A stretch of DNA of 62,687 nt, counting the filler, from Craspedostauros australis (Eukaryota): assembly GCA_030167865.1 (NCBI GenBank). It is 10 parts of 10 records of this genome, joined end to end, with 100 filler letters (N's around TTAATTAATTAA, not from the genome) between each part and the next. Parts side by side here need not be neighbours in the genome. Positions count along the whole stretch, not along the records: positions 1 to 12,603 come from JALAGF010003648.1; 9 more parts are not named here. One strand, given 5' to 3'. Positions 1-8,871 of this stretch are shown here, piece by piece. Position 1 is the stretch's first letter, and the number at the start of each line of letters is the position of its first letter. The translations under genes were made by a program, and so were the position numbers. Under the pieces are notes generated by a model, which made no database searches, was not told the origin of the DNA, and was given only the letters and a program-made list of their open reading frames with translations.

Positions 1-295
1 AGGGGATCCTGAGAGTTCCATCTGCATCACTGCCTGCATATCGAGTCCAGTCCCGATTCATCTTCATATAGCAAATGCTATCTTGCAAGAAGCTTATCCA
101 TTTGGATATGGGGTGCCCGAAGCAAAGTGCTCGCGACCTGGGTCGCTGCCACATCCCAAAGTGACGTACGTCACTCAGCCTCTCACTTGATCCTGCAATG
201 CCGATATTCCGAGAACCGCTTGTCGGTTGAGTGCCGAAATCCTTCCCCCTCCGGGTCCCAGCTGCTTTCCCTTCTTCGTTCGGACGCCAATCCGA

Positions 296-1852
296 TCAAA
301 GGGCAGCGGAATATCGTAGCAGGGACGGCAGCATCTGCATGACGTCCCCGTAATGTTGTTGCATCTGCAACCTCGGCTGCCTCCCAGCCGCTGCCTCAAA
401 TCGACGCCATCTGTTGTTCAGGTCAACGTCGCGCTCATCTACCTTCTGGTTGATGGCCTGTGTGTTGGAGCCTCTGCGAAAGCTCCGTCCCACTGCGTAC
501 TCCTCAGTGACATCGAGATGCAATGGTATGAGATCTGGTCTGTCATCCTGGATCTCCAAGAGGACTTCATGGATCTTGGGTTGAAGTTTGACCGGCTTGA
601 TTCGATCTCCCATCGAGGATCGAAAGACAGGTCCATCGATCACTGTTCGCTTCTCGTACCAGACCAGCATTCGATCCACCCATGCCGCTGGTTTCAAGCC
701 GGAGCGAGATTCCAGCGCTATTGGCATCAAATGGTATTTCTCTCCAGTCTCCGTCTTGAATCGCCCCAGCAAGGCGATGACCGTGTGTCTCAAGGTTGGG
801 TCCCTGTGGTTCGTGCCCATGTTGTGGTGCTTCCGCATTCCCACGAGATCGCACAGCACCACTTCTTCTGCTCTGAGTCCACCCATGAAAGCGAGCACCG
901 CAAAGAGTGCCGGGAACAAGATGTGCTCCATGTCCGAGTCCGACCACCCGTTCGCGATGCCTTCACACCATCTGTTCTCAAACCGAGCCATGAGCTCGAG
1001 CATTACTCCGATCGAAATAGCCAGGTCAGGGCAGGTTTTGTCTCCCATACGGCTGTGCATTCCCCTGGTGAAGCGCTCAAACCATACCCTGCTGGAGGGA
1101 CTGGTCGTCATCTCGAACTTCTGGGCTTTGCGTACCGCTACTGTCTGTGCATCTGCACTGTTGGCAGAGGCCTGCCAAAGGTTGAAGTAGGATGATCTCA
1201 TCTTCCGAACCGTGTTGAACTGGACCGTTGGCTCGTTCTTTCCTGTGTCGAGCGATCTGTAGAGTAGATTCACCGCAAGAAACATGCCGATCTCGTCTTC
1301 CACTTTCGTTGGGCCCAGAGGTGGGAGATTGTATGTTGGTGACAATCCCAGTGCACTGGACTGCATGACCATCCGGTGTAGGTGAGACCAGTTCCGTGCC
1401 ACGGTGGAGCTCTCTCGACTCCAGAACGCATCGAGGTTCGCTCGCTTGATGAACTTCATGAGAGCGGAGTCCTTTCCGCTTCCCACCACTGGATCCCTCT
1501 GTTGCAAGTTGCGGAAGTGACACAGCTCGCACTGGAAGCTGAGCATAAGGTGGTCCCCAAGGCGGGCGTGCTGGAAGCGGCGTTCGTCCAGCTTGAACTG
1601 CATGACATTGCCATCTTCGTCCACTGGTCTGCGGATCGGGAACGTGTCGTCGCCAAGGAGATGGTAGCAGTTACCGCACCATGTCCCACGACACTCGCTG
1701 TCGAAGCCTCGCTTGTGACAGTAGTTCGCGTAGAACAGCCCTGCTCCCTTCCGCACCTGTCTCCCACACTGCTTGCAACTCCCGCTTAGCTCGTGAAATG
1801 GTGGGTGAGTTTTTGTATTTCCAAGGGGAAGTTTTGCTGAGAGGAAGAACAA
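296..1852 (-). CDS. Tyrosine recombinase of the retroelement with N-terminal Cys/His-rich (Zn-finger-like) region
   Basis: GLRAEE (catalytic R), LLGRFKTE (K), RSFRRGS (HxxR box with H replaced by R), NRW, and C-terminal HYGD (Y). The N-terminus has CKQC..YCHK..CRGTWCGNCY..CELCH. The listed start is TTG and the ORF overlaps the 3' end of pol in the +1 frame. Confidence 0.85.
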   Translation of the reverse strand: MFFLSAKLPLGNTKTHPPFHELSGSCKQCGRQVRKGAGLFYANYCHKRGFDSECRGTWCGNCYHLLGDDTFPIRRPVDEDGNVMQFKLDERRFQHARLGDHLMLSFQCELCHFRNLQQRDPVVGSGKDSALMKFIKRANLDAFWSRESSTVARNWSHLHRMVMQSSALGLSPTYNLPPLGPTKVEDEIGMFLAVNLLYRSLDTGKNEPTVQFNTVRKMRSSYFNLWQASANSADAQTVAVRKAQKFEMTTSPSSRVWFERFTRGMHSRMGDKTCPDLAISIGVMLELMARFENRWCEGIANGWSDSDMEHILFPALFAVLAFMGGLRAEEVVLCDLVGMRKHHNMGTNHRDPTLRHTVIALLGRFKTETGEKYHLMPIALESRSGLKPAAWVDRMLVWYEKRTVIDGPVFRSSMGDRIKPVKLQPKIHEVLLEIQDDRPDLIPLHLDVTEEYAVGRSFRRGSNTQAINQKVDERDVDLNNRWRRFEAAAGRQPRLQMQQHYGDVMQMLPSLLRYSAAL

Positions 1853-4800
1853 GGAAGAGTGTGAGGGGTTCGAGTTGTACAGTATCCCACCAGCTGGCCA
1901 TTCCTGCCTTCACCATCATGTCGAAATCGGATGCCTTCAGACCGATCTTGTACCACCACGCCGTCATGATACGAGGAATGGCGATCACATGCGTTGAGAA
2001 TGGTCGCTTGTGTATGGAGCCGTTCATGAACTCGATCGCTGCTGCAGCCGCTGCTGGTGGAGGTGTCCATACATAGGTGCCTTGGTTGAAATGTGTCTCG
2101 GCCCATCTGTTTGGTGTCAGGAACTCGACATTTGCTGGTGTCCAGGATCGTATCCACTGCTCCAGAGAAGGGGATAGCACCAGTGCCGTGGTCCGCAATG
2201 GCAGGAAGGAATGGATGTCATGGCCGGCCATCACCCCGGCATTCATATCACCGCGAGAGAGGCCGTCCACGCCTGAGTGGATCATTCGCTTGCCCGAGAC
2301 GTGGACGAGGATCACCCGGCATCCACGAAGCATCTCAAATCGACGCAGTCGCAGAACCTGGTTGAAGAGTGCTTGTGATGAGGATGTCCCACGAAAGAAA
2401 GCCCTCTCGGCGGTGGTGTTGTCGGTAAACATGAACACCTCGCTCTGGTACAGTGCAATGGCTGGATCCAGTTTGTACATCGCGTCCACCAAGTTGGTGA
2501 GTTCCCGATAGTTCGAAGATTCCTCCGAGATCCGAACTGGCCAAACGCCGTTGCGCCAGTGGAGATGGCCTCTGATCATGATTCCTGATCCATAGCCTCG
2601 GCCGGACGCGTCCCCAAAACCATATATCACATGCATGGAGGATGGGCTTCTGATTCTTCGTTTGCTTGGCGTGTCGTCCTTCATGAGTTGTCGTAGAGCG
2701 TGCACATCCGATGACAGTCGGGGCACCATCCGCACACGAGCCGGGGCGTTCTCAGTCTTCCGAGCAAACAGTTCTGAATCGGCATCCCAATCGTCGGGAT
2801 CTTCTTCTTCATGCTCTGCAGCTCGTCGTTTCCAGCCCTCCATGTCTCGGTTTGGCCTCCATGAGTCGAGCGTGAGGTGGATACCTTTCAGATAGGGTTT
2901 CATCGCTGGGTATGACCTGGTCACGTACACCAAGAAGCCCCGAATGGACTCCAACTGTTTGTGATCCAGCTTTCCGTCCTCGTTTCCCAGCTGATCGTCG
3001 ATCCACTGCAGGTGCTTCTTGGACTTATCCCACTTGTCTTGGGACACACGAACCGAAACCATGCCGTTGGATGAGCTGACCATGGCTCCAGCCCAGGCTC
3101 CTGGATCTTGGCTGGGTTCTCATCGCTTGCGACTGGCATCCTGCAGTCCGAGCCAGGCGAGCACCGACGACAGCCGTTGAGATGCCCGCCAGCACTGGTG
3201 CGTGGTGCGTCCTGTTGGGCGCATGTCATCCACGTAAGTGAGTAGATCGCAGGCGATAGCCCCATCGCCTCGGCGCTTGTACACCCAGGGTCTTGCGGGG
3301 TCATAATCGCTGCCCCCTGGTAGGTTGAGGACCATGGTATCCCATTGGAACACGTTGGCGTTGTTGTTTCGATCTCCGAACACCGTCTCTCTCGCGACCA
3401 TGGCCCCCAACACAGCGTTATGGGGCGATGACTTCAACCCCATCGCTGATCGGTTCCATCGGTACAATCCATCATCATTGTTCGGATTGTTTGTCAGGTA
3501 GGCTGACATATCGACACCACAGAGTTCCCGGACTTCCTCATGGAGATAGAAGTTCAGAAACATCTCGCCGAAGTCGTTATCGCACATGAATGTCCCACCT
3601 TCGACACACCGCAGCAAGGAATCGACAGTCGGCAAACTGAACCAGGGAACCCACATTTGGGTGTTGAGTCCGCACTTGGTTCTGTCGTATACCATCCGGA
3701 TGTCATCCTCCCCCTTGGGCACGGCAAAGAATGACATGAAGGAAGCAATCTTGCCCTTCTCCAGGTATCCCTTCCTGACCACAGATAAGAGCTTGTCACA
3801 GACCTGTTGGTTCTCTTGTTTTGTTCCACGGGGTCTGTGTGTCTGTCTCCAGCTGATTGCTTTGCTGTGCAGAAATGGAGGAACGCCTTCTTGGATCATG
3901 GATTGGAATTCAGGTGGCCAGTTCCAAAAGAAGGGAGATGACCCATCCTTCCATTCCCACCACGATGCGCTCCCCATCCGGCTGAGTGCATCACGGGCAG
4001 AATCGAGTTGCTTTGTGGTTGGTGTGACACCGGATTGACGCCATCGAATATACGAGCGGAAGATAGCTCGCTTCCACCACCGGAGAGCGAAACCACGCAG
4101 CCGTGGAGCCGCTCGACGGTATGCGTCAACATCGACCTTCCACGACAATCCGGAAAGCAAGTACCCGTCCCATAGCTCGACCGGTGCGGTGGCGCTGTCA
4201 CTCTTGGTTGCGGTTTCATTCCGATCCGCTGTCACTGGATCGTCTGCCTTGTGCGAGTCGCTGACAGTCGTACCAGTAGGTGCAACCGCAGACGTTGACT
4301 CGATGATGGGATCCTCTGGCAGAGCTGTTGATCGTGCTTTGACTCGTCTGGCAGTTTGGCATCCAGCTTGGTCTTGTGGTTTTCGTTTGTGGTCCATGTG
4401 ACATACCCGAGCAAGCATTTCCAAGCTTGCTTGGTACAGCTTGACAGGCGTTTGTTCTTGTCGAATCCATGCCTCGAGCGTGCTGGTGGAGCTGGCGAGG
4501 ATCAGGTCCTCTGGGAAGTCCATCAGCTTCAGCTTCTCCTGCAAACGCAGAGGGCGATTGATCCGACACCCTGGGAGGTAGTTCAGTCTCACCATCTTTG
4601 CGTTGAGATCAAGAGAGGACGAACCGAAGAATCCTCGCCCATCGTACAGGTCATCCCGTATGGATTTCACATACAGCAACCGTGTGCCGAGGTCTGCCTC
4701 CTGTCGATAGGCTGTTCCCTTGATTCCCATCCTGCACGAATCCTGTATGACCTCGTTAGAGACTGCAGTCCTGTTGTGTTTGAACTGGTATACCCGACTG

Positions 4801-5264
4801 TCCGTCGAGTACACCGCAAACGTTTGTTGTATGATGGACGCTCCCCCGCAGCGATGGTGAATTACCTTCTGCCGTTTCTGCCTCCACGAGGAAGGGAACT
4901 TGGCCAGCGGTGTCGATGTCATCACGAGTCGCTGCGGGATGCTCCATATCCGAGCGGATGTTGGCATTGGATGCAAGTCGAGCAGCAGGATATCTCCAAG
5001 CTGTTCCCAGCACATCAACACTACACAATCTATTCGTTCTATACTGAAACCAAGAATAGAAGAGAGTCGCGTGAGCTGGCTGTCCAAACTGGTGTGTCTA
5101 ACCATGATTACTCGGTCCACAGAGAAACCACAATGATGCCCCACCAGTGCCCACCAGGGGAACCGGTCAGTCACCACTGTAGCAATCTGCTTCACTCTTC
5201 CTGAGTAGATCACTCCAGTCCTTTCCGGCTCAACACCTTGATCTGGTACTGATGGGGGTCCCCG
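1671..5264 (-). CDS. Pol polyprotein (MTase-like N-terminus, reverse transcriptase, RNase H, MT-like tail), broken by one in-frame TGA at 3120-3122
   Basis: RT motifs FAVPKG..DIRMVYD, DNDFGEMFLN, MGLKSSP, YVDD. RNase H motifs FGDASG, NYREL, FTDN, VDGLSR. ORFs 3120-5213 and 1671-3083 are in frame: QDASRKR*EPSQDPGAWAGAMVSS. The frame stays open upstream to the gag stop at 5265-5267. Confidence 0.88.
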
Positions 5265-5267
5265 TCA
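5139..5267 (-). promoter_or_regulatory. Putative stop-codon readthrough cassette (UGA-CGG plus 3' stem)
   Basis: The minus strand reads AAC TGA CGG GGA CCC CCA TCA GTA CCA G. The arm at 5257-5243 (CCCCAUCAGUACCAG) can pair with 5157-5139 (CUGGU-GGGC-ACUGGUGGGG). Confidence 0.6.
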
Positions 5268-8021
5268 GTTTTCGGCGCCGCTTGCTGGGGCACCGCTTCC
5301 TCGTCCTCGCCCGCCTTGTTGTCCACCGCCGTAGCCGCGACCTCCGCCTCCGGTGTTGCGCCCGCTGTTTCTGTTGGAAACCAGCTTGTCAACCTGGCTC
5401 GTGAGCTTGGTCAGCGCAGCGTGCGTTTCGTTCACACGTCGTTCCAGTCGATGAACCGCCTCATTGGGGGCTCGCTCATGGAACAGGAAGGAGTTGAAAG
5501 TTGGAGCCATGGATGGGTGCCGCTCCACTCCCTTGGCGGACAGCTCCCGCATGAACTTGTGGGCCCGCAACGCCGCATACAGGGCAATGGAGCACTTCAT
5601 GGGCTCTGATCTTGCGCTGTTGGCGGATGCTCCTGCTGCTCGACGGGTCGCGATCTCGTCGAAAATATCGCGCAGCACTGTCTTCACAAGTCTCCATGCG
5701 CTGGTCTGCATGGTGGCTTGGGTTTCTTCCACCTCTTTGGCAGACGAACCTCCTCCTTGACCCAGAGCCAATGCAAAACGTCCTTGACGACGGTAGAACT
5801 CTGCCATCCAGTTGCTGAGCTCAATCCAGCATGCTCGAGAGCGACTGATCAAGCTGGTTGCCAGGACGTAAGCACTGCCCTTTGTGGCTGGAGGGAAGGC
5901 AAGAGAGACCGCTCTGCGCTGTTGTTCTTCCCAGATTTGCAGCCGGAAGGTAAGGGTGTTGACCAGCCCGGTATGGCTGTCGTTGGGGTCAAACTGCTCG
6001 TACTTGTTGATGGCCGACATGTCGTCCGAGCCCTTCCCGCTGGGGTTGAACACGGATGGGACTGTTGTGCTGAACGACCCGAGGACACGAGCTTGTGCCA
6101 GGTCCTCGTAGCCTCCCTTCTTGGCGGACCCTTGGTTGACGATGGCTTCTCCGGAGCTCACGCCGACGTCACGAGCAGACTCGAGCATCGAGACCAGATC
6201 AAACCACAAGTATGCTGGTGCGTAGGCGCCGATGTTGTCAACCACCCACTCCTCAATCTCCTCCGGAGAGTGGTAAGGGCGATGCTCGATGTACACCACT
6301 TCGTTTCCTGCTCCAGACTTCATTCTGTGGAGTTCCTCTTCGAGACGGTCCAGACGCCCATCAGTGTGGGGCGAGGGCCCTGAGGCTGCAGAACTGTTGA
6401 GACGGCGGTCCAGGTTGTTGAGGCATGCCCAGATGTTCACCTCTCCTGAGGAGTGATGTTCACCTGCCGTGCGAGTGTACAGAGCACCTGTGACGCTGTG
6501 GATGTTGTCCACCCGTTCATCAGAAGCCATCATCCGGTTCTGAAGGTTGGTGCATTGTCGTGCGAACGCGTTGGTGCGTTCCATGCCTTCCACGGCATGC
6601 TTGTCCACCTTGGCCCCCATGTCGGTGAGCTCTTCTTGAGTCGCAGAGCAGCGAGCAGAGAGGTCCACCAGGTTTGGCCAGACTTGGGCGGCCTCCAATC
6701 CGGCGTCTGTCTTCGGTGGGTTGCCCAGAGAGCTCTTCAGACTGGCTGTTCGGAGGTCTGCATCACCAAGGGCGTCGCTTGTTGACTCGGTGAGGACATG
6801 CATCGCGTCGTCGATGCGTTTGATCCCGTCTTGAAGGATCGCGATGGCTGCGACGATGGCCTCGAGTTCTTGTTCTACCTCCACAGGCTCCACTCCAAAG
6901 CCAGCAGCATGGCCTCTCCCAGGATGACCAGGGAGCGCCATGACGTCGACCTTCATTGGAGGGCGCTTCTTTGTGATGGGTGTGGCTGTTCCTGCGATGG
7001 CGGGGTCCTCTGGTCGGATCCGCTTCAGGAATGGCGTCTTCTGGTACGACACAGGCTCGGCAGCCTGTGCAACTTGCTCCACATCGGTGTTTCCTTCCTT
7101 GATAGAGTCGAAGACTTGAACCCAAAGCTCGAACGGGCGCTTGTCCTCGAGTATGGTGCGAATGGAATCAGGAACTTCGATGGCACTCAGCGATGGAGCC
7201 ACAAACGCGCCGCCACGCCCTGCACCTTTCCCAACAGGACGACAGATGAAGAGGCCGCCCACCTCCAGGTCGGCCTTCGCCTTGCCATGGCTGACCACGC
7301 CGCAGTGATTGAAACCCACAGCGACCATGTTCGTGCAGAACGCTTTGCCTGACTTCCCAATGAGACCACCACAGAAATCCAACCCAACAGGCGTCCTTGC
7401 TTCGAAGAGAGAAACGAGTTCCAGCTCCGACGAACCGACCGGATCAACCAGCATCGCGCCATGAGACTCACCACCCAAACTGCTCCCCCCGGAACCCAAA
7501 CCACCGCCGCCAAGCGACAAGGACCCAGCACCATCGAAACCGAGACGAGCCGCGGCCGCGGCGAGGTCGGAAGAAGACGACATGAAAAGAAAAAGAGAGA
7601 GGATCCAAACAATCTCCCGCACCAACTTGCGCTGTTGTTGCCGCACGAGATGTCTGTATTTGTGATCCTGTTCCATGCTCTTGTTGTTGTTGTCCAAGGT
7701 GTTGCGACTGCTGTTGTTGCTCACAGCTCCGTGACTGTTGTTGTTGTTGTTGTTTCTGTTGTCACTGTGGGCGTCCTCGCTCTGTATCGACGGCCTACGG
7801 CGGTCGGACCGTCTAAAATTCCAAGGCTGGTAGGCGTTCACGAGTTCGCCTCTGAGTCCCGATTGCTGCTTGGTGGTGTTGTCGTCCTGTCTGTTTCCTG
7901 TGTGTGTCGTTCCCGGGTTAATTGGTACAACACGGGAGGCAGGTGCCACCCTTCTCCAACCGCCACTTGAATCGTTGATGTGGCTGCCGTGGAAAGGGTT
8001 CCTTCTTGTGCTTTGTGCCAC
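5265..8021 (-). CDS. Gag-like ORF1 of the retroelement (true start may be ATG 7583)
   Basis: First long ORF of the element. It has a Cys/His motif (FCGGLIG..FC..HCGVVSH), a predicted coiled-coil middle and a C-terminal RGG/RG-rich tail (GGGGRGYGGGQQGGRGRG). The call is mainly positional. Confidence 0.7.
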   Translation of the reverse strand: MAQSTRRNPFHGSHINDSSGGWRRVAPASRVVPINPGTTHTGNRQDDNTTKQQSGLRGELVNAYQPWNFRRSDRRRPSIQSEDAHSDNRNNNNNNSHGAVSNNSSRNTLDNNNKSMEQDHKYRHLVRQQQRKLVREIVWILSLFLFMSSSSDLAAAAARLGFDGAGSLSLGGGGLGSGGSSLGGESHGAMLVDPVGSSELELVSLFEARTPVGLDFCGGLIGKSGKAFCTNMVAVGFNHCGVVSHGKAKADLEVGGLFICRPVGKGAGRGGAFVAPSLSAIEVPDSIRTILEDKRPFELWVQVFDSIKEGNTDVEQVAQAAEPVSYQKTPFLKRIRPEDPAIAGTATPITKKRPPMKVDVMALPGHPGRGHAAGFGVEPVEVEQELEAIVAAIAILQDGIKRIDDAMHVLTESTSDALGDADLRTASLKSSLGNPPKTDAGLEAAQVWPNLVDLSARCSATQEELTDMGAKVDKHAVEGMERTNAFARQCTNLQNRMMASDERVDNIHSVTGALYTRTAGEHHSSGEVNIWACLNNLDRRLNSSAASGPSPHTDGRLDRLEEELHRMKSGAGNEVVYIEHRPYHSPEEIEEWVVDNIGAYAPAYLWFDLVSMLESARDVGVSSGEAIVNQGSAKKGGYEDLAQARVLGSFSTTVPSVFNPSGKGSDDMSAINKYEQFDPNDSHTGLVNTLTFRLQIWEEQQRRAVSLAFPPATKGSAYVLATSLISRSRACWIELSNWMAEFYRRQGRFALALGQGGGSSAKEVEETQATMQTSAWRLVKTVLRDIFDEIATRRAAGASANSARSEPMKCSIALYAALRAHKFMRELSAKGVERHPSMAPTFNSFLFHERAPNEAVHRLERRVNETHAALTKLTSQVDKLVSNRNSGRNTGGGGRGYGGGQQGGRGRGSGAPASGAEN

Positions 8022-8871
8022 AACCTATGCGCTACCAGATCTAGCTGTGAATGCCTTCGGAACGTGCAGGTTGCAAAAGCAAGAGGCACCACCACAACCA
8101 CGTCAAGCCGCAGCTTCACACGGATATGTTTGTTAGCGCGAAGAGAACCTTTCGTCTTTGGCCAAGGAAGGAAGAAGCACCGCTTTTCAAGCAGAAGAAA
8201 GTTACCTGGAACCAAGCTTCGCACTCTGTACTGGAGTCTCCAACTGGTACATCCGCTGAGTGAAGCTGAATCAATGACGACGTGTTCAGGGTGAGGGGCG
8301 GAATTCTCCTTTGTCGTTGGATTAGTGACCGGCGGCGAAGGCGACGCCAGCAGATCAGGCACATGGTGGTCGTGGGGCTTCCCCAGCCGCTCTGCGACTA
8401 CGAGGATTGTGTGATGACACCACGAGACGATCCTTCCACGAATGTCAATGTCAATCTGTCCGCTTTGTGCGGTGTCGCGAGATGTGACTTTTGTGAAGGA
8501 AGAATAATGAGAAAGAACGAGCCATGCGACCTCGCTGGAGCGGAGATCGCCTCCCATGGGCGTTTGGAGCTCTTCGACAAAACGAAATACTGCACTCTTC
8601 GTAGTAGGTCTACGCATGTGTGGTGTGGCAAGGCAGCGGAGAAACGAGTGTTTCAACTCTCTGTTTGGTCGATGGGACGGAGTGGGGCCTTTGGTTAAAA
8701 CATGGATGCCTGTCATCCTGTGCTCACAATTAGTATTCCGCTTTCTTCTCAGTCTTTGACTCCATCATCGATCATCAGGTCACCTCCAGCGTCACCCAAC
8801 CGAGCACAATCCCTCGCTCCCACCAACATCAAACAACCATCTATCCATCTCACTCATCGAAGACTCCGAAG

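Larger units (their letters stand above)
1..8021 (-). mobile_element. Tyrosine-recombinase retrotransposon (DIRS/Ngaro-like), gag-pol-YR; termini not resolved
   Basis: Co-oriented ORFs: gag-like (5265-8021), RT with YVDD (3120-5213), RNase H (1671-3083) and overlapping tyrosine recombinase (296-1852). No integrase or protease motifs seen. No terminal repeats found in the window; the 3' end probably lies before position 1. Confidence 0.9.

Noticed and set aside
1806..1830. C AAA AAC slippery-like site near the pol/YR overlap
   Set aside because: YR is in the +1 frame, so a -1 slip would not reach it, and the heptamer is not canonical.
3120..5213. RT as a retron, group II intron, DGR or LTR element
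   Set aside because: Eukaryotic context, with RT followed by RNase H and YR, and no integrase, maturase or TR/VR pair.
353..7970. Long antisense ORFs over the retroelement (e.g. 353-1195, 4356-5204, 5718-6383)
   Set aside because: No recognisable motifs. They are the expected shadows of codon bias on the coding strand.
1..8870. ITRs or split direct repeats of the retroelement
   Set aside because: No match between 1-295 and 7584-8870 found by eye. The 3' terminus is probably outside the window.
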